The position numbers and the translations under genes were made by a program. Positions 41,646 through 51,561 of a stretch of 64,000 nucleotides of DNA are shown one piece after another (within the stretch, counting starts at the first letter, position 1; the number at the start of each line of letters is the position of its first letter). The DNA is from Alphaproteobacteria bacterium (GTDB taxonomy: Bacteria > Pseudomonadota > Alphaproteobacteria > JBFXJJ01). Below the pieces are notes generated by a model, which was not told the origin of the DNA, did not search any database, and saw only the letters and a list, made by a program, of their open reading frames with translations. Location of the stretch: assembly GCA_050175015.1 (NCBI GenBank), contig JBFXJJ010000001.1, positions 192,001 to 256,000 on the forward strand, given 5' to 3'.

Positions 41646-42767
41646 CTAAATATCGCTCTTATTTTGAGATGCAATAAAAGCATTGTTTCCTGAAACTGCG
41701 GTATTGCCAGATTTACTCCAAAAGTCGATAGCTTCTTGACTGCTGTTTTTATTTAAATGTGAAGTTTTAGCCGCTTCCAGCGTATTTTCTTTAACGTTTA
41801 AAGCCATAGCTTGAGGCATATAGATTTTATTTAATTGTTTTTGCTTATTAAAATCAAAAACTTTATCTTTTATTTTTTGATCAAGGGCAAAAGTTTTTTC
41901 CTTGTTATTCTCAATAGCAAAAGTTTTTTCTTCTTTAGCCAAACTAAATAATTTAGATTTTTCTTCACTTGTTTCATCAACAGTATCAGAAGATTTATCA
42001 TTATTCTTAGGATTTGAAGTATTATAAGCTGTTGGGATAGTGTAAATAGTGTCAGTCGTAATCTCTGGAGAGGCATCTTTTTCATTTATGTTATTTTGGC
42101 TTATATGGCTTTTACGATAGGCATCATAAATATCGTTTGTGGTGCCAATTTTATCTGAATAGTCATAAGAATTGCTTTCAAATAAGCCATCATTAGAAGC
42201 GGTTTGAATTTCATTATTAGCATCAAAGGTATCGGTATTTTTATAATTGGACTGGTTTTGCTGCTCGTTAAGAGCGTAAAGCATAGCTTGATAGCCTTTA
42301 TCATTTTTATTCAAAGTAACTCTATCATAACTGCTGTATAAATCTTCTTTCTGAGCGTAGGTTTGCTCGTTATTGGCATTATTATGGTCTTGATTATAGG
42401 TCGCCATAGCGATGGCGTGTTCACCCATATCTTTGCCGCTGACAGTCTTAAGGGCAGACTCTGCCGCTCCGACAAAGGCTCCTAAAGCACCGCCATATAA
42501 TCCCCCGCCAGCAATTCGGGCAACGGTACCAATTTCATCACCGGTTACTTTGCGGTAAACAGATGATATTACAGGTATATGCTGCAAAGGATTTACAATG
42601 TCGATTAAGTCCCTGAAACCAAAACCAGAGGTTTCTTCAGTCGTTGTCTCGGGATTACTTGGGGTTGATAGAAGTTCTAGTCTTTTTTGATATGTTGTTT
42701 GCGTAGCGGCATCATCATAGCTGCTGCTGGAAATAAAGTTTGGATAATTATCAGAACTTATACGCAT
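41646..42767 (-). CDS. Hypothetical protein with conserved-looking N-terminal motif and low-complexity tail
   Basis: FRDLIDIVNPLQHIPVISSVYRKVTGDEI..GGGLYGG followed by an N/S/T/K-rich region. Confidence 0.75.
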   Translation of the reverse strand: MRISSDNYPNFISSSSYDDAATQTTYQKRLELLSTPSNPETTTEETSGFGFRDLIDIVNPLQHIPVISSVYRKVTGDEIGTVARIAGGGLYGGALGAFVGAAESALKTVSGKDMGEHAIAMATYNQDHNNANNEQTYAQKEDLYSSYDRVTLNKNDKGYQAMLYALNEQQNQSNYKNTDTFDANNEIQTASNDGLFESNSYDYSDKIGTTNDIYDAYRKSHISQNNINEKDASPEITTDTIYTIPTAYNTSNPKNNDKSSDTVDETSEEKSKLFSLAKEEKTFAIENNKEKTFALDQKIKDKVFDFNKQKQLNKIYMPQAMALNVKENTLEAAKTSHLNKNSSQEAIDFWSKSGNTAVSGNNAFIASQNKSDI

Positions 42768-42823
42768 AACAAATTAAACCTGTTATAATAAAATCATATT
42801 TTAACTATATTAATGCAAGAATT

Positions 42824-43543
42824 ATGCCACTTAGAACCAGTAAATATAAAATATTGTTTGTCAGTCGAGATGATTTTCTGAAAACCGCACTTTCAGAGCA
42901 GTTTTTGCAGCAATTTGATTATGAAAAACTGAGTTTTGCAGCCAATGACGACGCTTTAGAAATCATATCTCAAGATCATTTTGATGGTTTTATAATCGAT
43001 TTAGAAAATTTAGATAAAGATATTTTTGTAAGCAAACTATCAGAAGAAGATCAAAAAAAGCCTATGTTCTTTTTAATGGGTAACAATTCCAGCGGCAATA
43101 TAGCCAGCAGTTTACTATCAGATGCTCAAGATGATAGTAACTATATAAGGCATATTATTTATCGTCCTTTCGAGCTTGAAGATTTTTTTGATATTTTGAA
43201 AACTAGCCTTAATAAATATGAGAAAGGTGCAGGTTCTATCGTTAAAATTGGTGAATTTCGCCTTGATCAAGGACAGAGGCAGCTTACAGATGATAAAGGT
43301 GAGATTATTACTAAATTAACGGAAAAAGAAGTCGATATTCTTCGCCATCTGTTTAAAAATAAGAATTTACCAATAAAAAAAGAAAAGCTTTTAGAGCAGG
43401 TTTGGGGGTATAGTCCCGAAATGGATACCCATACCCTAGAAACCCATATTTATCGTCTACGCCAAAAAATAAAAGATATGGCTAAATATCTTATTACCGA
43501 TGATAAGGGATACAGCATCACTATTGATGATGAACAGTGTTAA
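42824..43543 (+). CDS. cenR: OmpR-family response regulator, CenR-like, with degenerate receiver domain
   Basis: LTEKE..IL, LLEQVWGY..THTLETHIYRLRQKI; lies near yggS and xth. Confidence 0.7.
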   Translation: MPLRTSKYKILFVSRDDFLKTALSEQFLQQFDYEKLSFAANDDALEIISQDHFDGFIIDLENLDKDIFVSKLSEEDQKKPMFFLMGNNSSGNIASSLLSDAQDDSNYIRHIIYRPFELEDFFDILKTSLNKYEKGAGSIVKIGEFRLDQGQRQLTDDKGEIITKLTEKEVDILRHLFKNKNLPIKKEKLLEQVWGYSPEMDTHTLETHIYRLRQKIKDMAKYLITDDKGYSITIDDEQC

Positions 43544-43654
43544 CTAAGCCGAATTGCTCCATCTTAATCATAAATAACCCGTAAACATAGTTCATATAGT
43601 CAAAAATGTGGTTAAAATATCAATCAAAAAAATCGATATTAAAAGTAAAATACA

Positions 43655-44467
43655 CTATAAAGCAATGTTGAGCATCACAGGTACGTGATCTGATGGTCTT
43701 TCAAAGTCTCGTGTGTCTTTAAAAATTTTAAGATTAGTTAAATTAGGCTTCATATCCGGTGTTGCAATAATGTGATCCAATCTTCTGCCCTTATCAACTT
43801 CAGACCATTTAGGAGATCGATAACTCCACCAAGTGTAAACTCGTTCCGTTTCAGGAATAAAATGTCTAATGGCGTCAATAAAGTCGCCGCTCTCAAGAAA
43901 TGTATTAAAACGGGAAACCTCATCAGGAGTATGAGAGACGGTTTGTAGCATTTTTTCGTGGTTCCAAACATCATATTCCAAAGGGGCTACATTTAAATCA
44001 CCTAAAATAATAGTTTTTTCTAGGTTTTGTTTTTGGTTTTTACGAAGAAAAAAACTTGCCATTTCTTCAATAAACATCAATTTATGAAGAAATTTATCGT
44101 TAGTTTCAATATTAGGTTCATAGCCGCCAGCAGGAACATAAAAATTATGGATGATAATATCATTAATCTGAACTGCGATATGACGACTGTCGTCCTTACC
44201 GCAAAAGTCGACTTTTTGAATCTCATTAAACGGGTATTTTGAAAGAATGGCAACTCCGTTGTAACCGCTGTTGCCTCTAGCGGCAATATGCTTAAAGCCC
44301 ATATTTTTACACTTGTCATAAGGAAAAGCGTAGTTTTTTACTTTAGTTTCCTGCAAGCAAACAACATCAGGATTAAGAACCGAACAGACCTGTTCTAATT
44401 GCTCAATGCGAACTCTTATGGAATTGACATTCCACGTCAAGATATTAAGACTTTTAGGTTTTTTCAT
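43655..44467 (-). CDS. xth: Exodeoxyribonuclease III
   Basis: TWNVNSIR, LQETK, GDLNVAP, YTWWSYR, RLDHI, PSDHVPV. Confidence 0.95.
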   Translation of the reverse strand: MKKPKSLNILTWNVNSIRVRIEQLEQVCSVLNPDVVCLQETKVKNYAFPYDKCKNMGFKHIAARGNSGYNGVAILSKYPFNEIQKVDFCGKDDSRHIAVQINDIIIHNFYVPAGGYEPNIETNDKFLHKLMFIEEMASFFLRKNQKQNLEKTIILGDLNVAPLEYDVWNHEKMLQTVSHTPDEVSRFNTFLESGDFIDAIRHFIPETERVYTWWSYRSPKWSEVDKGRRLDHIIATPDMKPNLTNLKIFKDTRDFERPSDHVPVMLNIAL

Positions 44468-44476
44468 ATCTATGCC

Positions 44477-45169
44477 TTATCTTCTATCCTTAAGCGGATT
44501 AGGGCGTCTTGGATCAACAAACTTGAATAAGCTGCTGTCCAAATTAATTCCTTTTTCAACATTATATAAGGAAATAACCGTTGTAATGCTATGAGCATCA
44601 AGGACACGCCATTGTTTAAGGGCTAAAGGTTCTTTAGAAAAAATTAAAGTTACCTCTGCTGAAGTGTCATTTTGATAATTTAAGGTTATTTCGATAGTAT
44701 TGGAATAAGTTACGACATCTTTAACAGAAACATAATCATCATTGAAAGCTATTTTATCTTTAAGCAAGATACCAGCTGGAGAGGTCTCAAGATTCATATA
44801 AGTAATTTGTTCCAAAGAAATGTCGTGATAAACTAAAAAACGTCCGTCGGCTACGATTTCGACATTCATAGGCTCTTTATAATCAATTCGCATTTTTCCT
44901 GGACGGTTTAAATAAAAAACGCCGTCACAGCTTGAGCCATTGCTTGAGTTTTGGGCAAAATCAGCCTTAATGGTAGTCAGGGAATTAAGATATTGTTCAA
45001 TTTGAATTAATAATTTTGCTTTTTCTTGAATTGTAAGATTTTTTTCTGAAGTATTATCAAGCGTAGCCGAAGCTTTAGCAGGCTCTTCTTTAGTGTTTGT
45101 TTGAGCTGTTGCCTGATTGCAAAGAGCCAAAATAAGACAGCTTATAAGTATAATTGCATTTATTTTCAT
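44477..45169 (-). CDS. lolA: Outer-membrane lipoprotein carrier LolA
   Basis: Signal peptide; ADFAQ, RPGKMRIDY, LKQWRV; downstream of ftsK. Confidence 0.88.
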   Translation of the reverse strand: MKINAIILISCLILALCNQATAQTNTKEEPAKASATLDNTSEKNLTIQEKAKLLIQIEQYLNSLTTIKADFAQNSSNGSSCDGVFYLNRPGKMRIDYKEPMNVEIVADGRFLVYHDISLEQITYMNLETSPAGILLKDKIAFNDDYVSVKDVVTYSNTIEITLNYQNDTSAEVTLIFSKEPLALKQWRVLDAHSITTVISLYNVEKGINLDSSLFKFVDPRRPNPLKDRR

Positions 45170-45264
45170 ATAAAAAACCTAATGACATTAATTCATAGTT
45201 AATGCAGTTATAACTTAGATAATCTATTTCGTCAAAAAAGCTTTTTTATTTTTTGATAACTTTT

Positions 45265-47631
45265 TTAATAATTGTCTTGTTCAGGCACAAGAATTTCACG
45301 TTTGCCAACGTGGTTAGCAGGGCTTATTAATCCTTCGCTTTCCATACGCTCCACTAATTCCGCGGCACGATTATAGCCTATTCTTAAGCGTCTTTGAATA
45401 TAACTTGTGGAAACTTTGCGATCATTTAAAACAATCGCTACAGCCTGATCATACAGGTCATTGCCGTTGCCGCCATTATCAGATGCTAAATTCATTGCCT
45501 TTTCGTAATCACTTGGTTGCTGGTTATCTTCGACGACAGCACTAATATATTCGGGCTGAGCTTGTTCTTTTAGATAATTAATAACCGCATCTCGTTCTTT
45601 ATCGTCAACAAAAGGTCCGTGAATTCTTATCGGACGCATTCCCGATGGCATATAAAGCATATCTCCTCGTCCTAGCAGTTGTTCGGCTCCTTGCTCACCA
45701 AGAATGGTGCGGCTGTCGATACGGGAGGTTACATTAAAGCTGATTCTGGTTGGAAAGTTTGCTTTAATTGTGCCTGTAATAACATCAACTGAAGGTCTTT
45801 GTGTTGCCATAATTATATGAATGCCTGCCGCTCTAGCCATTTGGGCTAAACGCTGAATAGTAGCTTCGACATCTTTTCCTGCCACCATCATTAAGTCCGC
45901 CATTTCATCAACAATAACAACAATATAAGGGAAAAATGATAAATCTAGTTCTTGTTCTTCATAAACAGGTTTTCCGGTTTCGGCGTCAAACCCTGTTTGG
46001 ACAGTTCTTAAGATTTTTTCATTATTTTTAAGAGTATCTTTTAGTTTGGCATTGTAAGTTTCGATATTGCGGACACTGAGAATGGACATAGCTTTATAGC
46101 GGTCTTCCATTTCTCTAACCGCCCATTTTAAGGCAACAACCGCTTTAGATGGGTCGGTAACAACTGGAGTTAAAAGATGAGGAATGCCGTTATAAGGGGT
46201 AAATTCGAGCATTTTAGGATCAATCATAATGAGGCGGCACTCTTCAGGCGATAACCTGAAGAGCAAAGAAAGAATCATAGAATTAACGGCTACGGATTTA
46301 CCAGAACCTGTCGTTCCTGCAATTAAAAGATGAGGCATTTTTGCAAGGTCGGCAAAAATATTTTTGCCTCCAATGTCTTTGCCTAAGACAAGGTTTAATG
46401 GGTTTTTACTGGTTAAAGCTTCTTTGGAAGACAAAAGATCTTTTAAGAAAACGGTTTTTCTTTTTTCATTTGGAAGTTCAATGCCGATAGTATTGCTGCC
46501 GACAACAACAGCGATACGCACTGAAATAGCACTCATCGAGCGGGCAATATCATCAGCTAATCCGACCACTCTTGAGGTCTTGGTGCCGGGAGCTGGGTCT
46601 AATTCGTAAAGCGTAACAACAGGCCCCGGTCTTATTTTAACAATTTCGCCCTTTATGCCGAATTCATTTAAGATTTTCTCAAGTTGTCTGGCTATGGCGT
46701 TTAATTCATCATCTGATAAATCACAAATATTTTTGTTGGAATCATTGGAAGATAATAAGTTTAAATTGGGCAGAATATAGCTGTCAGACTTTACTAAGTC
46801 AGATTTTGATCTGGTTGCGTTATTCGTTGTTTCTTTAGAAGATCTTTCAACAAGATATTGGTCGTTATTTTCCGAAGCATCAAAATTGGGTTCTTTCTTT
46901 TCTTTTTTAGGCTTTGTTTTTATAATTTTAGTATCGTTTTGGTAATCTTCGTTTTCGCTTATAGTTTCATCAATATCATAAGCTTCTAATTCAGAGCTAT
47001 GGTTAGGATAAAAAATCCCTTTAATATTATTTTTAAGATTAATAATTTTTATTATAAAACGATTGAATATTCTAAGGTTGATAGCAAAGCTGATTGAGAA
47101 AAATAAAATTGCAGTAAAGCCAAAAAATAAAGTTGTGAGCCAAGTCAAATATTGCGGCAGGTTTAAAAAAGGAATTATTTTCAAGCTGCGGATATGGATT
47201 AAATAACCAATAGCTCCGCCTAGTCCTGACATTACGGGCCAAGCATTGCCTTGATTAAATCCAGCGAAGAACGAACTTGCTAAAACAGTTGTTAAAACCA
47301 TAGCAAAAGTTTTTATAAAAAAATGATTTACTTTAGAATTTTTTATTAAGAAAAGGCTGGTTTCAATGAGAAATAAGCAAGGCAGAAAGGCCGCTATTCC
47401 AAAAATCTGAAACAGTAAATCAGAAATATAAGAGCCATAAAGCCCCATAATATTTAAAGCTATACTTGAACTTGCAGTGTTAAAAGATGGGTCTGTTGCT
47501 CGAAAAGAAAACAGAGAAATTATAGCTGATATGCTTATAATCAAAACAATTATTCCGATGAATTTTATCGAGAACTGTTTCAAAAATATCGTAACTTCAG
47601 GTGGTAATAATGGTTTTTTATTTGCTGACAT
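45265..47631 (-). CDS. ftsK: DNA translocase FtsK
   Basis: N-terminal TM segments, PHLLIAGTTGSGKS, DEMADLM, ATQRPSVDVITG, gamma domain IGYNRAA. Confidence 0.97.
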   Translation of the reverse strand: MSANKKPLLPPEVTIFLKQFSIKFIGIIVLIISISAIISLFSFRATDPSFNTASSSIALNIMGLYGSYISDLLFQIFGIAAFLPCLFLIETSLFLIKNSKVNHFFIKTFAMVLTTVLASSFFAGFNQGNAWPVMSGLGGAIGYLIHIRSLKIIPFLNLPQYLTWLTTLFFGFTAILFFSISFAINLRIFNRFIIKIINLKNNIKGIFYPNHSSELEAYDIDETISENEDYQNDTKIIKTKPKKEKKEPNFDASENNDQYLVERSSKETTNNATRSKSDLVKSDSYILPNLNLLSSNDSNKNICDLSDDELNAIARQLEKILNEFGIKGEIVKIRPGPVVTLYELDPAPGTKTSRVVGLADDIARSMSAISVRIAVVVGSNTIGIELPNEKRKTVFLKDLLSSKEALTSKNPLNLVLGKDIGGKNIFADLAKMPHLLIAGTTGSGKSVAVNSMILSLLFRLSPEECRLIMIDPKMLEFTPYNGIPHLLTPVVTDPSKAVVALKWAVREMEDRYKAMSILSVRNIETYNAKLKDTLKNNEKILRTVQTGFDAETGKPVYEEQELDLSFFPYIVVIVDEMADLMMVAGKDVEATIQRLAQMARAAGIHIIMATQRPSVDVITGTIKANFPTRISFNVTSRIDSRTILGEQGAEQLLGRGDMLYMPSGMRPIRIHGPFVDDKERDAVINYLKEQAQPEYISAVVEDNQQPSDYEKAMNLASDNGGNGNDLYDQAVAIVLNDRKVSTSYIQRRLRIGYNRAAELVERMESEGLISPANHVGKREILVPEQDNY

Positions 47632-47728
47632 TTTGCTATTATAACGTTAAAATTTTGACTAATTTTTGTATTAAGCAAGATTTTAAATGACAAATCTTGC
47701 AATATTATTAACAAAGGAGAGTTTTTTC

Positions 47729-48670
47729 ATGTCCTTATGGCATTTTGCAGTAGGTAATAAAAAATTTGGTCCGATGGGTCAAGACGATGCAATCCGCTTT
47801 GCAATTACTAACCCTGAAGCATTAGCCTGGTCGCCTGGTATGACAGACTGGGTCAAAGTTAAGAGGATTAGAGAATTTTCTCAAGTGGGTCAGAAAACAC
47901 CATTTTTAAATCAAGATGATAATATTTGTGATGAAATAGATTATCAAATTGTCGGTAATGATATTCAGTTTGTTGAAATAGAGCTAGATACTCACGAAAC
48001 AGCAATCGCAGAAGCTGGAGCTATGATGTATAAAGACGATACGGTTGAAATGCGCACTCTTTTGGGCGATGGTTCTCGAAGCGGAGTTGTTAATAAGCTT
48101 ATCTCTATTGGACGCAGGGTTATTACAGGCGAGGGAATGTTTATAACAGCTTTTACACATAAGGGGGTAGGTAAGGGCAAGGTTGCTTTTGCCGCACCAT
48201 ATCCAGGACATATTATTCCCATTTCTTTGCCATCAGTTGGAGGCAAAATAATTTGTCAAAAAGATGCTTTTTTGTGCGCAGCTCGAGGAGTATCAATTAA
48301 CGTCTATTTTCAGAAAAAAGTAATGACGGCTTTGTTCGGCGGTCAGGGCTTTGTGATGCAAAAACTAGAAGGTGATGGTATGGTTTTTGTTCATGCCGGC
48401 GGAGCAATTCACGATATTACTTTAGAAATAGGCGAAGGACTCCATATTGATACAGGTTGTTTGGTTGCATTAGAGGAATCCGTAGACTTTAGCGTCGAAA
48501 CCGTTGGGGGAATAAAATCGCAGTTATTTGGAGGGGAAGGGGTCTTTGTTACGCACCTTAAAGGACCAGGCAGAGTATGGCTGCAATCAATGCCTTTCTC
48601 AAGATTTGCGGGTCGAATGTGGACATCATTATCTCCTTTTGTCAGCCGTAAGAGAATGGGCATATTTTAG
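47729..48670 (+). CDS. TIGR00266/AIM24 family protein with N-terminal GYF_2-like domain
   Basis: GPM..W.PGMTDW at the N-terminus; AEAGAMMY, AFAAPYPG, CQKDAFLC, GPGRVWLQSMP. Confidence 0.88.
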   Translation: MSLWHFAVGNKKFGPMGQDDAIRFAITNPEALAWSPGMTDWVKVKRIREFSQVGQKTPFLNQDDNICDEIDYQIVGNDIQFVEIELDTHETAIAEAGAMMYKDDTVEMRTLLGDGSRSGVVNKLISIGRRVITGEGMFITAFTHKGVGKGKVAFAAPYPGHIIPISLPSVGGKIICQKDAFLCAARGVSINVYFQKKVMTALFGGQGFVMQKLEGDGMVFVHAGGAIHDITLEIGEGLHIDTGCLVALEESVDFSVETVGGIKSQLFGGEGVFVTHLKGPGRVWLQSMPFSRFAGRMWTSLSPFVSRKRMGIF

Positions 48671-48794
48671 CTTATAGACAAAATAGTATAATTTTTAGCT
48701 AATTTTATGTAAATTATTCTGGACAATAAAAGATAATTATAATAGAATTCTTCCTAGGTTATTAATCTTGTAATTATTGTCGTGGAGAAAAGGT

Positions 48795-51479
48795 ATGAAC
48801 AGTAATATTATTATTCAATTAGCAGACATTTTTGGTGTTGAACTTCGTGCAACGGAACAAGAAAAGTTTACAATGCTTCAGAAGATGGAAATATTGCCAC
48901 CGCAGGGAAATATGTCAGATGCTGAGTATGATAATATTCTTAACCAGACATTAAAGAATAAGCTTGATTCTGATTACTTGGCAGTTATGAAACCTGTAAC
49001 GGTTACACGCGAAAATCGCCAAAATCAAATAGAATTATCCATACCTGTTAACCGCACCAACGAATCAATTAATTGGAGAATAGAGCAAGAAGACGGCAAA
49101 GTAATGGAAGGCTCAAGTCCTATTTCCGAAATGCAGCCTGTGCTTAAATATGGTCAGCCACAAACTCACGAAGTTAATGGAGTCGTTTATCAGAAATTTG
49201 CTTTTGAAAAACCTCAAGGTGTAGATGTCGGTTACCATAATATCACCATCGCAACTCCAGATGGTCGTCAGCAAAAGTCAAACTTGTTCCATTGTCCACA
49301 ACAATGTTATGTTCCACCAGTAATTGAAAATGGTGGAAAAATTTGGGGTATGCCTGTTCAGGCTTATCAATTACGCAGTCCTTCAGACCAAGGCGGCGGC
49401 GGCGATTTTTCAAGCATTGATGAAATGGCTCATAATATTGGTACCCAGGGCGGCGCTTTAATTGGTTTGCCTCCAATGCACGCTATGTTCTCTGAACGTC
49501 CTGAAGACGCCAGCCCATATGCTCCTAGCAGCCGTGAATTCTTTAACTATCTTTACAGCGATGTTACCGCTATTCCTGAATTTAATAACAGCAAACGTGT
49601 TCAGGACATCTATGACTCCCCAGAGTTCACTACTCAACGTCGTAGATTACAACGAAGAATGTGGGTTGATTACGCCGATGTTAAAGATCTTAAACAACAA
49701 ATTTTAAACGAATGCTTTGAAGAATTTAAAAATAATGAACTTGGTAAAGGAACGGAAAGAGATAAAGAATATCAAAAGTTCTGTTCTCAATGGAATGATA
49801 AAGATGATGGTAGCTTATATAACTTTGCAACTTTCCAAGCTCTCTCCGAATATTTCTGTTCTAAAGAGTGGACAGACAAAGGTAATCCAAAATTAGAATA
49901 TATGTCCGATTGGCCAGAAGCCTATCAAGATATGCACACCAAAGAAGTAGAACAATTCAAAAAAACCCACGCCGATCGTATCGATTTCTATAAATACACC
50001 CAGTTTGAAGCTGACAGACAACTTGCTAATGTTAAGGAAACCTGTAAAAAATCAGGTATGACGGTTGGCGTTTATACCGATATTGCGGTTGGTTCTTCAC
50101 CAACTGGTTTTGAAGCTTGGGCTAGAAAAGATGATTATATGAAAGCATCAGCTGGTGCTGCTCCTGACGGTCTTAGCATTACGGGTCAAAATTGGCACTT
50201 AATGGGCTTTAAACCTCACAAATTGGTTGAAAAATCATATTCTCAGTTTGTTGGTATGCTTAGAGCAAATATGAAACACGCTGGTTGCGCTCGTTTAGAT
50301 CACGTTTTACAGCTTAGCCGTCTTTATATGATTCCAGACGGTAGTCAGAACCGCGGCGGAACTTTCGTTTATTATCCAACCGATGATTTAATGTCGTTGG
50401 TTGCTCTTGAAAGCCATCGTAATAAAACTATGTTTATTGGTGAAGATATTGGTCAGTGTCCTGATGGTTTCAGAGAAAAAATGGCAGACTATGGTATTCA
50501 CCGTTATGGCGTGCTTTGGTTTGAAAGAGAATGGGGTTTCCAAAACGGTGATTTCAGTCCTCAAGCTAACCGCATTAAAGATCCTTCTGAATTTCCAACG
50601 ATTTCAGCTTGTGCATTATCAACACATGATACACCTCCAGCAGAAGGTCAGAATACTGGCGAATATGTATGGCAAAAAGATGCTTGGGGTTGTTATGAAA
50701 ATGATCAGCAAAGACAACTGGAAATTAATCAGTACAAAACTTTTAGAGCAGCAATTAACGATGCTTTAGAAAGAACAGGTTGTTATGCTCAAGTTGGTGG
50801 TCAGAGAGCTGAGAGATCTTTTGAGGAACCTTTTGATATTAATAAACAGAAGCATATTCAGGCTGAAGTTGCTTATCTTGCTAAAAGTAATTCTAATATT
50901 GTGTTGATTCCTCCTTCAGATGTTACAGGAATCACAGCTCAGCACAATATTCCTGGCACAGGTGAAACTCAGTCATTCCTTGATCCTGAAAATATGAATA
51001 ATAGTGAATATAAAAAGGATTATGAAAGAGAAGATTCTGGTCCAAACTGGAGAAGAAAAGAAGTATTCAAAACACACGAACTTAATAATATTGAATTGTT
51101 CAATGAATGCGCTAAGATTTTAAGAGATAGTGGTAGAGGCAATCCTGAAGCTGCTTTAGATTATGAATATAAGAGACCAGGAAGAAACGAGCATTTAGCA
51201 ACTCAAAATAGCAATGAAAACAAAAAAGCTTTCTTTGAAACAGCGAGATATTATGAACAGAGAGGTGAAGAAAGTATCAGAGCTATGTATGGTCAAGAAT
51301 ATCAAGATAACTTAAAGAAACTTAACGATGGTATGAAAAACCAGACCGAAGAAAAACGTAGAAAAATTGAAGAATGGAAAAAATTAAGCTTACAACAGCA
51401 ACAACAACCGCAACAAGCGAAAAGACCAGTTGTTAATGCTACAGTAAAACAGGCTTTAATGGGCAGAAGTCCAAGGTAG
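48795..51479 (+). CDS. malQ: 4-alpha-glucanotransferase (GH77 amylomaltase) with C-terminal extension
   Basis: YQLRS..GDF, SPYAPSSR, DIAVG, GAAPD..GQNW; catalytic RLDH, GEDIG and THD intact; NIPGT..PNWRRK. Confidence 0.92.
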   Translation: MNSNIIIQLADIFGVELRATEQEKFTMLQKMEILPPQGNMSDAEYDNILNQTLKNKLDSDYLAVMKPVTVTRENRQNQIELSIPVNRTNESINWRIEQEDGKVMEGSSPISEMQPVLKYGQPQTHEVNGVVYQKFAFEKPQGVDVGYHNITIATPDGRQQKSNLFHCPQQCYVPPVIENGGKIWGMPVQAYQLRSPSDQGGGGDFSSIDEMAHNIGTQGGALIGLPPMHAMFSERPEDASPYAPSSREFFNYLYSDVTAIPEFNNSKRVQDIYDSPEFTTQRRRLQRRMWVDYADVKDLKQQILNECFEEFKNNELGKGTERDKEYQKFCSQWNDKDDGSLYNFATFQALSEYFCSKEWTDKGNPKLEYMSDWPEAYQDMHTKEVEQFKKTHADRIDFYKYTQFEADRQLANVKETCKKSGMTVGVYTDIAVGSSPTGFEAWARKDDYMKASAGAAPDGLSITGQNWHLMGFKPHKLVEKSYSQFVGMLRANMKHAGCARLDHVLQLSRLYMIPDGSQNRGGTFVYYPTDDLMSLVALESHRNKTMFIGEDIGQCPDGFREKMADYGIHRYGVLWFEREWGFQNGDFSPQANRIKDPSEFPTISACALSTHDTPPAEGQNTGEYVWQKDAWGCYENDQQRQLEINQYKTFRAAINDALERTGCYAQVGGQRAERSFEEPFDINKQKHIQAEVAYLAKSNSNIVLIPPSDVTGITAQHNIPGTGETQSFLDPENMNNSEYKKDYEREDSGPNWRRKEVFKTHELNNIELFNECAKILRDSGRGNPEAALDYEYKRPGRNEHLATQNSNENKKAFFETARYYEQRGEESIRAMYGQEYQDNLKKLNDGMKNQTEEKRRKIEEWKKLSLQQQQQPQQAKRPVVNATVKQALMGRSPR

Positions 51480-51499
51480 TTTTTCTTAGAGTTTAAGTT

Positions 51500-51534
51500 A
51501 AAAAACCCTGTTAAATTATCAGCAGGGTTTTTTA
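51500..51534 (+). terminator. Intrinsic terminator of malQ
   Basis: AAAAAACCCTG..CAGGGTTTTTT. Confidence 0.85.
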
Positions 51535-51561
51535 TTGTTATACGGTTTAGAATTAAATCAA

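Noticed and set aside
45188-45202. TTAA-N7-TTAA CtrA-like box upstream of lolA
   Set aside because: Expected often by chance in such AT-rich DNA; no independent support.
50401-50769. 122-aa alternative-frame ORF inside malQ, and other short nested ORFs in the track
   Set aside because: Fully nested in well-supported genes; no motifs or RBS.
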